From the NCBI RefSeq assembly GCF_009914755.1, contig NC_060928.1: a stretch of 64,000 nucleotides of DNA; one strand, given 5' to 3'. Below are positions 25,301-41,000 of this stretch, in pieces. This DNA comes from the human T2T-CHM13v2.0 reference genome, Homo sapiens. Position 1 is the first letter of the stretch. Every line of letters starts with the position of its first letter. The notes beneath the pieces were generated by a model, which saw nothing but the letters and a program-made list of their open reading frames with translations, was not told the DNA's origin and searched no databases. Made by a program: the position numbers and the translations under genes.

Positions 25301-28300
25301 CTCTTTCGGCACTACCTGGAAGTGGATATTTCGAGCTCTTTGAGGCCTATGGTTAAAAGGAAATATCTTCCCATAAAAACTAGACAGAAGCCGTCTCAGA
25401 AACTTGTTTGTGATGTGTGTATTCAACTACCAGAGTTGAACATTTCTGTTACAGAGCAATTTTAAAACACTCTTTTTGTGGAATCTGAAAGTGGATAATT
25501 GGATAGCTTTGTGGATTTCGTTGGAAACGGGATGACGTATAAAATCTAGAGAGAAGCATTCTCAGGAACTTCTTTCTGATGTTTGCATTCAAGTCACAGA
25601 ATTGAACATTCCTTTTCATAGTGCAGGTTTGAAACACTCTTTCTGTAGTATCTGGAAGTGGACATTTCAAGCGCTTTCAGGCCTACGGGGAGAAAGGAAA
25701 TATCTTCAAATAAAAACTAGACAGAAGGATTCTCAGAAACTTATTTGTGATGTGTGTCCTAAACGAACACAGTTGAACCTTTGTTTTGATACAGCATTTT
25801 GGAAACACTCCTTTTGTAGGATCTGCAGGTGGATATTTGGATAGATTTTAAGATTTCGTTGGAAACGGGAGTTTCTTCATAGAAACTCAAGACAGATGCA
25901 TTCTCAGAAACATCTCTGTGATGTTTGCATTCCACTCATAGAGTTGAAAACTTCCTTTCATAGAGCAGGTTTGAAACACTCTTTTTGTAATATTTGGAAG
26001 TGGACATTTGCAGCGCTTTGAGGCCTATGGTGAAAAAGGAAATATCTTCTCATAAAAACCAGAAAGAAGCATTCTCAGAAACTTCTTTTTGATGTGTGTA
26101 CTCAAGTAACAGAGTTGAACCTTCCTTTTGACACAGCAGTTTTGAAACAATCTTTTTGTAGAATCTGCAAGTGGATATTTGGATAGCTTTGAGGATTTCG
26201 TTGGAAACGGGATATCTTCATATAAAATCTAGACAGAAGCATTCTCAGAAACTTCTTTGTGCTGTATGTCCTCAATTAACAGAGTTGAACCATTGCTTGG
26301 ATACAGCATTTTGGAAACATTCCTTGAGTAGAATCTGCAAGTTGATATTTAGATAGATTTGAAGATTTCGTTGGAAAAGGGAATATCTCCATATAAAATC
26401 TAGAGGGAAGCATTCTCAGAAACTGCTTTGTGATGTTTCCATTCAAGTCACAGAGTTGAATATTCCCTTTTATAGAGCACGTTTGAAACACTCTTTCTGC
26501 ACTATCTGGAAGTGGACATTTCGAGCGCTTTGAGGCCTATGGTGAAAAAGGAAATATCTTCCCATAAAAACTAGACAGAAGCATTCTCAGAAACTTGTTT
26601 GTGATGTGTGTATTCAACTAACAGAGTTGAACTTTTGTTTTTACAGAGCCGTTTTAAAACACTCTTTTTGTGGAATCAGAAAGTGGATATTCGGATGGCT
26701 CTGAGGATTTCGTTGGAAGCGGGATTACATATAAAATCTAGAGAGAAGCATTCTCAGGAACTTCTTTGTGATGTTTGCATTGAAGTCACAGAATTGAACA
26801 TTCACTTTGATAGAGCAGGTTTGAAACACTCATTCTGTAGTATCTGGAAGTGGACATTTCAAGCGCTTTCAGGCCTATGGTGAGAAAGGAAATATCTTCG
26901 AATAAAAACTAGACAGAAGCATCCTCAGAAACTTATTTGTGATGTGTGTCCTCAACTAACAGAGTTGAAACTTTGTTTTGATACAGCATTTTGGAAACAC
27001 TCTTTTTGTAGAATCTGCAGGTGGATATTTGGATAGCTTAGAGGGATTCGTTGGAAAGGGGATATCTTCATATAAAATCTAGACAGAAGCATTCTCAGAA
27101 ACTTATTTGTGATGTGTGTCCTCAACTAACAGAGTTGAACCTTGGTTTTGATACAGCATTTTGGAAACGCTCCTTTTGTAGAATCTGCAGGTGGATATGT
27201 GGATAGCTCTGAAGATTTCGTTGGAAACGGGAATTTCTTCATATAAAATCAAACAGAAGCATTCTCAGAAACTTCTCAGTGATGTTTGCATTCAGCTCAT
27301 GGAGTTGAACACTTCCTTTCATAGAGCCGGTTTGAAACACTCTTTCTGCACTACCTGGAAGAGGACATTTCGAGCGCTTTGAGTCCTATGGTGAAAAAGG
27401 AAATATCTTCTCATAAAAACCAGAAAGAAGCATTCTCAGAAACTTCTTTGTGTTGCGTGTACTCATGTAACAGTGTTGAACCATCCTTTTGACAGAGCAG
27501 TTTTGAAACACTCTTTTTGTAGAATCTGCAAGTGGATATTTGGATAGCTTTGAGGATTTCGTTGGAAACGGGATGACATATAATATCTAGAGAGAAGCAT
27601 TCTCAGGAACTTCTTTGTGATGTTTGCATTCAAGTCACAGAATTGAACATTCCCTTTCATAGAGCAGGTTTGAAACACTCTTTCTCTAGTATCTGGAAGT
27701 GGGCATTTCAAGCGCTTTCAGGCCTATGGAGAGAAAGGAAATACCTTCAAATAAAAACTAGACAGAAGCATTCTCAGAAACTTATTTGTGATGTGTGTCC
27801 TCAACTAACAGAGTTGAACCTTTGTTTTGATACAGCATTTTGGAAACACTCCTTTTGTAGAATCTGCAGGTGGATATTTGGATAGCTTTGAAGATTTCGT
27901 TGGAAACCGGAATATCTTCATATAAAATCAAGACAGAAGCATTCTCGGAAACATCTCTGTGATGTTTGCATTCAACTCAGTAGAGTTGAACACTTCCTTT
28001 CATAGAGCCGGTTTGAAACACTCTTTCTGCACTACCTGGAAGCGGACATTTCGAGCGCTTTGAGGCCTATGGTGAAAAAGGAAATATCTTCTCATAAAAA
28101 CCAGAAAGAAGCATTCTCAGAAACTTCTTTGTGTTGTGTGTACTCAAGTAACAGTGTTGAACCTTCCTTTTGACACAGCAGTTTTGAAACACTCTTTTGG
28201 TAGAATCTGCAAGTGGATATTTGGATAGCTTTGAGGATTTCGTTGGAAACGGGTTATCTTCATATAAAATCCAGACAGGAGCATTCTCAGAAACTTCTTT

Positions 28301-29088
28301 GTGCTGCATGTCCTCAATTCACAGAGCTGAACCTTTGTTTGGATACAGCATTTTGGAAACATTCCTTTAGTAGAATCTGCAAGTTGATATTTAGATAGCT
28401 TTGAAGATTTCGTTGGAAACGGGAATATCTTCATAGAAAATCTAGACGGAAGCATTCTCAGAAACTGCTTTGTGATGTTTGCATTCAAGTCACAGAGTTG
28501 AATATTCCCTTTTATAGAGTAGGTTTGAAACACTCTTTCGGCACTACCTGGAAGTGGATATTTCGAGCTCTTTGAGGCCTATGGTTAAAAGGAAATATCT
28601 TCCCATAAAAACTAGACAGAAGCCGTCTCAGAAACTTGTTTGTGATGTGTGTATTCAACTACCAGAGTTGAACATTTCTGTTACAGAGCAATTTTAAAAC
28701 ACTCTTTTTGTGGAATCTGAAAGTGGATAATTGGATAGCTTTGTGGATTTCGTTGGAAACGGGATGACGTATAAAATCTAGAGAGAAGCATTCTCAGGAA
28801 CTTCTTTCTGATGTTTGCATTCAAGTCACAGAATTGAACATTCCTTTTCATAGTGCAGGTTTGAAACACTCTTTCTGTAGTATCTGGAAGTGGACATTTC
28901 AAGCGCTTTCAGGCCTACGGGGAGAAAGGAAATATCTTCAAATAAAAACTAGACAGAAGGATTCTCAGAAACTTATTTGTGATGTGTGTCCTAAACGAAC
29001 ACAGTTGAACCTTTGTTTTGATACAGCATTTTGGAAACACTCCTTTTGTAGGATCTGCAGGTGGATATTTGGATAGATTTTAAGATTT
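19393..29088 (+). repeat. HOR sub-block, copies 7-9, sharing diagnostic variants
   Basis: Offset 2029 A>G (21421, 24653, 27885) and offset 1313 A>G (20705, 23937, 27169) in all three; offset 210 C>G in copies 8-9 (22834, 26066). Confidence 0.85.
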
Positions 29089-32000
29089 CGTTGGAAACGG
29101 GAGTTTCTTCATAGAAACTCAAGACAGATGCATTCTCAGAAACATCTCTGTGATGTTTGCATTCCACTCATAGAGTTGAAAACTTCCTTTCATAGAGCAG
29201 GTTTGAAACACTCTTTTTGTAATATTTGGAAGTGGACATTTGCAGCGCTTTGAGGCCTATGGTGAAAAAGGAAATATCTTCTCATAAAAACCAGAAACAA
29301 GCATTCTCAGAAACTTCTTTTTGATGTGTGTACTCAAGTAACAGAGTTGAACCTTCCTTTTGACACAGCAGTTTTGAAACAATCTTTTTGTAGAATCTGC
29401 AAGTGGATATTTGGATAGCTTTGAGGATTTCGTTGGAAACGGGATATCTTCATATAAAATCTAGACAGAAGCATTCTCAGAAACTTCTTTGTGCTGTATG
29501 TCCTCAATTAACAGAGTTGAACCATTGCTTGGATACAGCATTTTGGAAACATTCCTTGAGTAGAATCTGCAAGTTGATATTTAGATAGATTTGAAGATTT
29601 CGTTGGAAAAGGGAATATCTCCATAGAAAATCTAGAGGGAAGCATTCTCAGAAACTGCTTTGTGATGTTTCCATTCAAGTCACAGAGTTGAATATTCCCT
29701 TTTATAGAGCACGTTTGAAACACTCTTTCTGCACTATCTGGAAGTGGACATTTCGAGCGCTTTGAGGCCTATGGTGAAAAAGGAAATATCTTCCCATAAA
29801 AACTAGACAGAAGCATTCTCAGAAACTTGTTTGTGATGTGTGTATTCAACTAACAGAGTTGAACTTTTGTTTTTACAGAGCCGTTTTAAAACACTCTTTT
29901 TGTGGAATCAGAAAGTGGATATTCGGATGGCTCTGAGGATTTCGTTGGAAGCGGGATTACATATAAAATCTAGAGAGAAGCATTCTCAGGAACTTCTTTG
30001 TGATGTTTGCATTGAAGTCACAGAATTGAACATTCACTTTGATAGAGCAGGTTTGAAACACTCATTCTGTAGTATCTGGAAGTGGACATTTCAAGCGCTT
30101 TCAGGCCTATGGTGAGAAAGGAAATATCTTCGAATAAAAACTAGACAGAAGCATCCTCAGAAACTTATTTGTGATGTGTGTCCTCAACTAACAGAGTTGA
30201 AACTTTGTTTTGATACAGCATTTTGGAAACACTCTTTTTGTAGAATCTGCAGGTGGATATTTGGATAGCTTAGAGGGATTCGTTGGAAAGGGGATATCTT
30301 CATATAAAATCTAGACAGAAGCATTCTCAGAAACTTATTTGTGATGTGTGTCCTCAACTAACAGAGTTGAACCTTGGTTTTGATACAGCATTTTGGAAAC
30401 ACTCCTTTTGTAGAATCTGCAGGTGGATATGTGGATAGCTCTGAAGATTTCGTTGGAAACGGGAATTTCTTCATATAAAATCAAACAGAAGCATTCTCAG
30501 AAACTTCTCAGTGATGTTTGCATTCAGCTCATGGAGTTGAACACTTCCTTTCATAGAGCCGGTTTGAAACACTCTTTCTGCACTACCTGGAAGAGGACAT
30601 TTCGAGCGCTTTGAGTCCTATGGTGAAAAAGGAAATATCTTCTCATAAAAACCAGAAAGAAGCATTCTCAGAAACTTCTTTGTGTTGCGTGTACTCATGT
30701 AACAGTGTTGAACCATCCTTTTGACAGAGCAGTTTTGAAACACTCTTTTTGTAGAATCTGCAAGTGGATATTTGGATAGCTTTGAGGATTTCGTTGGAAA
30801 CGGGATGACATATAATATCTAGAGAGAAGCATACTCAGGAACTTCTTTGTGATGTTTGCATTCAAGTCACAGAATTGAACATTCCCTTTCATAGAGCAGG
30901 TTTGAAACACTCTTTCTCTAGTATCTGGAAGTGGGCATTTCAAGCGCTTTCAGGCCTATGGAGAGAAAGGAAATACCTTCAAATAAAAACTAGACAGAAG
31001 CATTCTCAGAAACTTATTTGTGATGTGTGTCCTCAACTAACAGAGTTGAACCTTTGTTTTGATACAGCATTTTGGAAACACTCCTTTTGTAGAATCTGCA
31101 GGTGGATATTTGGATAACTTTGAAGATTTCGTTGGAAACCGGAATATCTTCATATAAAATCAAGACAGAAGCATTCTCGGAAACATCTCTGTGATGTTTG
31201 CATTCAACACAGTAGAGTTGAACACTTCCTTTCATAGAGCAGGTTTGAAACACTCTTTCTGCACTACCTGGAAGCGGACATTTCGAGCGCTTTGAGGCCT
31301 ATGGTGAAAAAGGAAATATCTTCTCATAAAAACCAGAAAGAAGCATTCTCAGAAACTTCTTTGTGTTGTGTGTACTCAAGTAACAGTGTTGAACCTTCCT
31401 TTTGACACAGCAGTTTTGAAACACTCTTTTGGTAGAATCTGCAAGTGGATATTTGGATAGCTTTGAGGATTTCGTTGGAAACGGGTTATCTTCATATAAA
31501 ATCCAGACAGGAGCATTCTCAGAAACTTCTTTGTGCTGCATGTCCTCAATTCACAGAGCTGAACCTTTGTTTGGATACAGCATTTTGGAAACATTCCTTT
31601 AGTAGAATCTGCAAGTTGATATTTAGATAGCTTTGAAGATTTCGTTGGAAACGGGAATATCTTCATAGAAAATCTAGACGGAAGCATTCTCAGAAACTGC
31701 TTTGTGATGTTTGCATTCAAGTCACAGAGTTGAATATTCCCTTTTATAGAGTAGGTTTGAAACACTCTTTCGGCACTACCTGGAAGTGGATATTTCGAGC
31801 TCTTTGAGGCCTATGGTTAAAAGGAAATATCTTCCCATAAAAACTAGACAGAAGCCGTCTCAGAAACTTGTTTGTGATGTGTGTATTCAACTACCAGAGT
31901 TGAACATTTCTGTTACAGAGCAATTTTAAAACACTCTTTTTGTGGAATCTGAAAGTGGATAATTGGATAGCTTTGTGGATTTCGTTGGAAACGGGATGAC

Positions 32001-35000
32001 GTATAAAATCTAGAGAGAAGCATTCTCAGGAACTTCTTTCTGATGTTTGCATTCAAGTCACAGAATTGAACATTCCTTTTCATAGTGCAGGTTTGAAACA
32101 CTCTTTCTGTAGTATCTGGAAGTGGACATTTCAAGCGCTTTCAGGCCTACGGGGAGAAAGGAAATATCTTCAAATAAAAACTAGACAGAAGGATTCTCAG
32201 AAACTTATTTGTGATGTGTGTCCTAAACGAACACAGTTGAACCTTTGTTTTGATACAGCATTTTGGAAACACTCCTTTTGTAGGATCTGCAGGTGGATAT
32301 TTGGATAGATTTTAAGATTTCGTTGGAAACGGGAGTTTCTTCATAGAAACTCAAGACAGATGCATTCTCAGAAACATCTCTGTGATGTTTGCATTCCACT
32401 CATAGAGTTGAAAACTTCCTTTCATAGAGCAGGTTTGAAACACTCTTTTTGTAATATTTGGAAGTGGACATTTGCAACGCTTTGAGGCCTATGGTGAAAA
32501 AGGAAATATCTTCTCATAAAAACCAGAAACAAGCATTCTCAGAAACTTCTTTTTGATGTGTGTACTCAAGTAACAAAGTTGAACCTTCCTTTTGACACAG
32601 CAGTTTTGAAACAATCTTTTTGTAGAATCTGCAAGTGGATATTTGGATAGCTTTGAGGATTTCGTTGGAAACGGGATATCTTCATATAAAATCTAGACAG
32701 AAGCTTTCTCAGAAACTTCTTTGTGCTGTATGTCCTCAATTAACAGAGTTGAACCATTGCTTGGATACAGCATTTTGGAAACATTCCTTGAGTAGAATCT
32801 GCAAGTTGATATTTAGATAGATTTGAAGATTTCGTTGGAAAAGGGAATATCTCCATAGAAAATCTAGAGGGAAGCATTCTCAGAAACTGCTTTGTGATGT
32901 TTCCATTCAAGTCACAGAGTTGAATATTCCCTTTTATAGAGCACGTTTGAAACACTCTTTCTGCACTATCTGGAAGTGGACATTTCGAGCGCTTTGAGGC
33001 CTATGGTGAAAAAGGAAATATCTTCCCATAAAAACTAGACAGAAGCATTCTCAGAAACTTGTTTGTGATGTGTGTATTCAACTAACAGAGTTGAACTTTT
33101 GTTTTTACAGAGCCGTTTTAAAACACTCTTTTTGTGGAATCAGAAAGTGGATATTCGGATGGCTCTGAGGATTTCGTTGGAAGCGGGATTACATATAAAA
33201 TCTAGAGAGAAGCATTCTCAGGAACTTCTTTGTGATGTTTGCATTGAAGTCACAGAATTGAACATTCACTTTGATAGAGCAGGTTTGAAACACTCATTCT
33301 GTAGTATCTGGAAGTGGACATTTCAAGCGCTTTCAGGCCTATGGTGAGAAAGGAAATATCTTCGAATAAAAACTAGACAGAAGCATCCTCAGAAACTTAT
33401 TTGTGATGTGTGTCCTCAACTAACAGAGTTGAAACTTTGTTTTGATACAGCATTTTGGAAACACTCTTTTTGTAGAATCTGCAGGTGGATATTTGGATAG
33501 CTTAGAGGGATTCGTTGGAAAGGGGATATCTTCATATAAAATCTAGACAGAAGCATTCTCAGAAACTTATTTGTGATGTGTGTCCTCAACTAACAGAGTT
33601 GAACCTTGGTTTTGATACAGCATTTTGGAAACGCTCCTTTTGTAGAATCTGCAGGTGGATATGTGGATAGCTCTGAAGATTTCGTTGGAAACGGGAATTT
33701 CTTCATATAAAATCAAACAGAAGCATTCTCAGAAACTTCTCAGTGATGTTTGCATTCAGCTCATGGAGTTGAACACTTCCTTTCATAGAACCGGTTTGAA
33801 ACACTCTTTCTGCACTACCTGGAAGAGGACATTTCGAGCGCTTTGAGTCCTATGGTGAAAAAGGAAATATCTTCTCATAAAAACCAGAAAGAAGCATTCT
33901 CAGAAACTTCTTTGTGTTGTGTGTACTCATGTAACAGTGTTGAACCATCCTTTTGACAGAGCAGTTTTGAAACACTCTTTTTGTAGAATCTGCAAGTGGA
34001 TATTTGGATAGCTTTGAGGATTTCGTTGGAAACGGGATGACATATAATATCTAGAGAGAAGCATACTCAGGAACTTCTTTGTGATGTTTGCATTCAAGTC
34101 ACAGAATTGAACATTCCCTTTCATAGAGCAGGTTTGAAACACTCTTTCTCTAGTATCTGGAAGTGGGCATTTCAAGCGCTTTCAGGCCTATGGAGAGAAA
34201 GGAAATACCTTCAAATAAAAACTAGACAGAAGCATTCTCAGAAACTTATTTGTGATGTGTGTCCTCAACTAACAGAGTTGAACCTTTGTTTTGATACAGC
34301 ATTTTGGAAACACTCCTTTTGTAGAATCTGCAGGTGGATATTTGGATAACTTTGAAGATTTCGTTGGAAACCGGAATATCTTCATATAAAATCAAGACAG
34401 AAGCATTCTCGGAAACATCTCTGTGATGTTTGCATTCAACTCAGTAGAGTTGAACACTTCCTTTCATAGAGCCGGTTTGAAACACTCTTTCTGCACTACC
34501 TGGAAGCAGACATTTCGAGCGCTTTGAGGCCTATGGTGAAAAAGGAAATATCTTCTCATAAAAACCAGAAAGAAGCATTCTCAGAAACTTCTTTGTGTTG
34601 TGTGTACTCAAGTAACAGTGTTGAACCTTCCTTTTGACACAGCAGTTTTGAAACACTCTTTTGGTAGAATCTGCAAGTGGATATTTGGATAGCTTTGAGG
34701 ATTTCGTTGGAAACGGGTTATCTTCATATAAAATCCAGACAGGAGCATTCTCAGAAACTTCTTTGTGCTGCATGTCCTCAATTCACAGAGCTGAACCTTT
34801 GTTTGGATACAGCATTTTGGAAACATTCCTTTAGTAGAATCTGCAAGTTGATATTTAGATAGCTTTGAAGATTTCGTTGGAAACGGGAATATCTTCATAG
34901 AAAATCTAGACGGAAGCATTCTCAGAAACTGCTTTGTGATGTTTGCATTCAAGTCACAGAGTTGAATATTCCCTTTTATAGAGTAGGTTTGAAACACTCT

Positions 35001-38000
35001 TTCGGCACTACCTGGAAGTGGATATTTCGAGCTCTTTGAGGCCTATGGTTAAAAGGAAATATCTTCCCATAAAAACTAGACAGAAGCCGTCTCAGAAACT
35101 TGTTTGTGATGTGTGTATTCAACTACCAGAGTTGAACATTTCTGTTACAGAGCAATTTTAAAACACTCTTTTTGTGGAATCTGAAAGTGGATAATTGGAT
35201 AGCTTTGTGGATTTCGTTGGAAACGGGATGACGTATAAAATCTAGAGAGAAGCATTCTCAGGAACTTCTTTCTGATGTTTGCATTCAAGTCACAGAATTG
35301 AACATTCCTTTTCATAGTGCAGGTTTGAAACACTCTTTCTGTAGTATCTGGAAGTGGACATTTCAAGCGCTTTCAGGCCTACGGGGAGAAAGGAAATATC
35401 TTCAAATAAAAACTAGACAGAAGGATTCTCAGAAACTTATTTGTGATGTGTGTCCTAAACGAACACAGTTGAACCTTTGTTTTGATACAGCATTTTGGAA
35501 ACACTCCTTTTGTAGGATCTGCAGGTGGATATTTGGATAGATTTTAAGATTTCGTTGGAAACGGGAGTTTCTTCATAGAAACTCAAGACAGATGCATTCT
35601 CAGAAACATCTCTGTGATGTTTGCATTCCACTCATAGAGTTGAAAACTTCCTTTCATAGAGCAGGTTTGAAACACTCTTTTTGTAATATTTGGAAGTGGA
35701 CATTTGCAGCGCTTTGAGGCCTATGGTGAAAAAGGAAATATCTTCTCATAAAAACCAGAAACAAGCATTCTCAGAAACTTCTTTTTGATGTGTGTACTCA
35801 AGTAACAGAGTTGAACCTTCCTTTTGACACAGCAGTTTTGAAACAATCTTTTTGTAGAATCTGCAAGTGGATATTTGGATAGCTTTGAGGATTTCGTTGG
35901 AAACGGGATATCTTCATATAAAATCTAGACAGAAGCATTCTCAGAAACTTCTTTGTGCTGTATGCCCTCAATTAACAGAGTTGAACCATTGCTTGGATAC
36001 AGCATTTTGGAAACATTCCTTGAGTAGAATCTGCAAGTTGATATTTAGATAGATTTGAAGATTTCGTTGGAAAAGGGAATATCTCCATAGAAAATCTAGA
36101 GGGAAGCATTCTCAGAAACTGCTTTGTGATGTTTCCATTCAAGTCACAGAGTTGAATATTCCCTTTTATAGAGCACGTTTGAAACACTCTTTCTGCACTA
36201 TCTGGAAGTGGACATTTCGAGCGCTTTGAGGCCTATGGTGAAAAAGGAAATATCTTCCCATAAAAACTAGACAGAAGCATTCTCAGAAACTTGTTTGTGA
36301 TGTGTGTATTCAACTAACAGAGTTGAACTTTTGTTTTTACAGAGCCGTTTTAAAACACTCTTTTTGTGGAATCAGAAAGTGGATATTCGGATGGCTCTGA
36401 GGATTTCGTTGGAAGCGGGATTACATATAAAATCTAGAGAGAAGCATTCTCAGGAACTTCTTTGTGATGTTTGCATTGAAGTCACAGAATTGAACATTCA
36501 CTTTGATAGAGCAGGTTTGAAACACTCATTCTGTAGTATCTGGAAGTGGACATTTCAAGCGCTTTCAGGCCTATGGTGAGAAAGGAAATATCTTCGAATA
36601 AAAACTAGACAGAAGCATCCTCAGAAACTTATTTGTGATGTGTGTCCTCAACTAACAGAGTTGAAACTTTGTTTTGATACAGCATTTTGGAAACACTCTT
36701 TTTGTAGAATCTGCAGGTGGATATTTGGATAGCTTAGAGGGATTCGTTGGAAAGGGGATATCTTCATATAAAATCTAGACAGAAGCATTCTCAGAAACTT
36801 ATTTGTGATGTGTGTCCTCAACTAACAGAGTTGAACCTTGGTTTTGATACAGCATTTTGGAAACACTCCTTTTGTAGAATCTGCAGGTGGATATGTGGAT
36901 AGCTCTGAAGATTTCGTTGGAAACGGGAATTTCTTCATATAAAATCAAACAGAAGCATTCTCAGAAACTTCTCAGTGATGTTTGCATTCAGCTCATGGAG
37001 TTGAACACTTCCTTTCATAGAGCCGGTTTGAAACACTCTTTCTGCACTACCTGGAAGAGGACATTTCGAGCGCTTTGAGTCCTATGGTGAAAAAGGAAAT
37101 ATCTTCTCATAAAAACCAGAAAGAAGCATTCTCAGAAACTTCTTTGTGTTGTGTGTACTCATGTAACAGTGTTGAACCATCCTTTTGACAGAGCAGTTTT
37201 GAAACACTCTTTTTGTAGAATCTGCAAGTGGATATTTGGATAGCTTTGAGGATTTCGTTGGAAACGGGATGACATATAATATCTAGAGAGAAGCATACTC
37301 AGGAACTTCTTTGTGATGTTTGCATTCAAGTCACAGAATTGAACATTCCCTTTCATAGAGCAGGTTTGAAACACTCTTTCTCTAGTATCTGGAAGTGGGC
37401 ATTTCAAGCGCTTTCAGGCCTATGGAGAGAAAGGAAATACCTTCAAATAAAAACTAGACAGAAGCATTCTCAGAAACTTATTTGTGATGTGTGTCCTCAA
37501 CTAACAGAGTTGAACCTTTGTTTTGATACAGCATTTTGGAAACACTCCTTTTGTAGAATCTGCAGGTGGATATTTGGATAACTTTGAAGATTTCGTTGGA
37601 AACCGGAATATCTTCATATAAAATCAAGACAGAAGCATTCTCGGAAACATCTCTGTGATGTTTGCATTCAACACAGTAGAGTTGAACACTTCCTTTCATA
37701 GAGCAGGTTTGAAACACTCTTTCTGCACTACCTGGAAGCGGACATTTCGAGCGCTTTGAGGCCTATGGTGAAAAAGGAAATATCTTCTCATAAAAACCAG
37801 AAAGAAGCATTCTCAGAAACTTCTTTGTGTTGTGTGTACTCAAGTAACAGTGTTGAACCTTCCTTTTGACACAGCAGTTTTGAAACACTCTTTTGGTAGA
37901 ATCTGCAAGTGGATATTTGGATAGCTTTGAGGATTTCGTTGGAAACGGGTTATCTTCATATAAAATCCAGACAGGAGCATTCTCAGAAACTTCTTTGTGC

Positions 38001-41000
38001 TGCATGTCCTCAATTCACAGAGCTGAACCTTTGTTTGGATACAGCATTTTGGAAACATTCCTTTAGTAGAATCTGCAAGTTGATATTTAGATAGCTTTGA
38101 AGATTTCGTTGGAAACGGGAATATCTTCATAGAAAATCTAGACGGAAGCATTCTCAGAAACTGCTTTGTGATGTTTGCATTCAAGTCACAGAGTTGAATA
38201 TTCCCTTTTATAGAGTAGGTTTGAAACACTCTTTCGGCACTACCTGGAAGTGGATATTTCGAGCTCTTTGAGGCCTATGGTTAAAAGGAAATATCTTCCC
38301 ATAAAAACTAGACAGAAGCCGTCTCAGAAACTTGTTTGTGATGTGTGTATTCAACTACCAGAGTTGAACATTTCTGTTACAGAGCAATTTTAAAACACTC
38401 TTTTTGTGGAATCTGAAAGTGGATAATTGGATAGCTTTGTGGATTTCGTTGGAAACGGGATGACGTATAAAATCTAGAGAGAAGCATTCTCAGGAACTTC
38501 TTTCTGATGTTTGCATTCAAGTCACAGAATTGAACATTCCTTTTCATAGTGCAGGTTTGAAACACTCTTTCTGTAGTATCTGGAAGTGGACATTTCAAGC
38601 GCTTTCAGGCCTACGGGGAGAAAGGAAATATCTTCAAATAAAAACTAGACAGAAGGATTCTCAGAAACTTATTTGTGATGTGTGTCCTAAACGAACACAG
38701 TTGAACCTTTGTTTTGATACAGCATTTTGGAAACACTCCTTTTGTAGGATCTGCAGGTGGATATTTGGATAGATTTTAAGATTTCGTTGGAAACGGGAGT
38801 TTCTTCATAGAAACTCAAGACAGATGCATTCTCAGAAACATCTCTGTGATGTTTGCATTCCACTCATAGAGTTGAAAACTTCCTTTCATAGAGCAGGTTT
38901 GAAACACTCTTTTTGTAATATTTGGAAGTGGACATTTGCAACGCTTTGAGGCCTATGGTGAAAAAGGAAATATCTTCTCATAAAAACCAGAAACAAGCAT
39001 TCTCAGAAACTTCTTTTTGATGTGTGTACTCAAGTAACAAAGTTGAACCTTCCTTTTGACACAGCAGTTTTGAAACAATCTTTTTGTAGAATCTGCAAGT
39101 GGATATTTGGATAGCTTTGAGGATTTCGTTGGAAACGGGATATCTTCATATAAAATCTAGACAGAAGCTTTCTCAGAAACTTCTTTGTGCTGTATGTCCT
39201 CAATTAACAGAGTTGAACCATTGCTTGGATACAGCATTTTGGAAACATTCCTTGAGTAGAATCTGCAAGTTGATATTTAGATAGATTTGAAGATTTCGTT
39301 GGAAAAGGGAATATCTCCATAGAAAATCTAGAGGGAAGCATTCTCAGAAACTGCTTTGTGATGTTTCCATTCAAGTCACAGAGTTGAATATTCCCTTTTA
39401 TAGAGCACGTTTGAAACACTCTTTCTGCACTATCTGGAAGTGGACATTTCGAGCGCTTTGAGGCCTATGGTGAAAAAGGAAATATCTTCCCATAAAAACT
39501 AGACAGAAGCATTCTCAGAAACTTGTTTGTGATGTGTGTATTCAACTAACAGAGTTGAACTTTTGTTTTTACAGAGCCGTTTTAAAACACTCTTTTTGTG
39601 GAATCAGAAAGTGGATATTCGGATGGCTCTGAGGATTTCGTTGGAAGCGGGATTACATATAAAATCTAGAGAGAAGCATTCTCAGGAACTTCTTTGTGAT
39701 GTTTGCATTGAAGTCACAGAATTGAACATTCACTTTGATAGAGCAGGTTTGAAACACTCATTCTGTAGTATCTGGAAGTGGACATTTCAAGCGCTTTCAG
39801 GCCTATGGTGAGAAAGGAAATATCTTCGAATAAAAACTAGACAGAAGCATCCTCAGAAACTTATTTGTGATGTGTGTCCTCAACTAACAGAGTTGAAACT
39901 TTGTTTTGATACAGCATTTTGGAAACACTCTTTTTGTAGAATCTGCAGGTGGATATTTGGATAGCTTAGAGGGATTCGTTGGAAAGGGGATATCTTCATA
40001 TAAAATCTAGACAGAAGCATTCTCAGAAACTTATTTGTGATGTGTGTCCTCAACTAACAGAGTTGAACCTTGGTTTTGATACAGCATTTTGGAAACGCTC
40101 CTTTTGTAGAATCTGCAGGTGGATATGTGGATAGCTCTGAAGATTTCGTTGGAAACGGGAATTTCTTCATATAAAATCAAACAGAAGCATTCTCAGAAAC
40201 TTCTCAGTGATGTTTGCATTCAGCTCATGGAGTTGAACACTTCCTTTCATAGAACCGGTTTGAAACACTCTTTCTGCACTACCTGGAAGAGGACATTTCG
40301 AGCGCTTTGAGTCCTATGGTGAAAAAGGAAATATCTTCTCATAAAAACCAGAAAGAAGCATTCTCAGAAACTTCTTTGTGTTGTGTGTACTCATGTAACA
40401 GTGTTGAACCATCCTTTTGACAGAGCAGTTTTGAAACACTCTTTTTGTAGAATCTGCAAGTGGATATTTGGATAGCTTTGAGGATTTCGTTGGAAACGGG
40501 ATGACATATAATATCTAGAGAGAAGCATACTCAGGAACTTCTTTGTGATGTTTGCATTCAAGTCACAGAATTGAACATTCCCTTTCATAGAGCAGGTTTG
40601 AAACACTCTTTCTCTAGTATCTGGAAGTGGGCATTTCAAGCGCTTTCAGGCCTATGGAGAGAAAGGAAATACCTTCAAATAAAAACTAGACAGAAGCATT
40701 CTCAGAAACTTATTTGTGATGTGTGTCCTCAACTAACAGAGTTGAACCTTTGTTTTGATACAGCATTTTGGAAACACTCCTTTTGTAGAATCTGCAGGTG
40801 GATATTTGGATAACTTTGAAGATTTCGTTGGAAACCGGAATATCTTCATATAAAATCAAGACAGAAGCATTCTCGGAAACATCTCTGTGATGTTTGCATT
40901 CAACTCAGTAGAGTTGAACACTTCCTTTCATAGAGCCGGTTTGAAACACTCTTTCTGCACTACCTGGAAGCAGACATTTCGAGCGCTTTGAGGCCTATGG

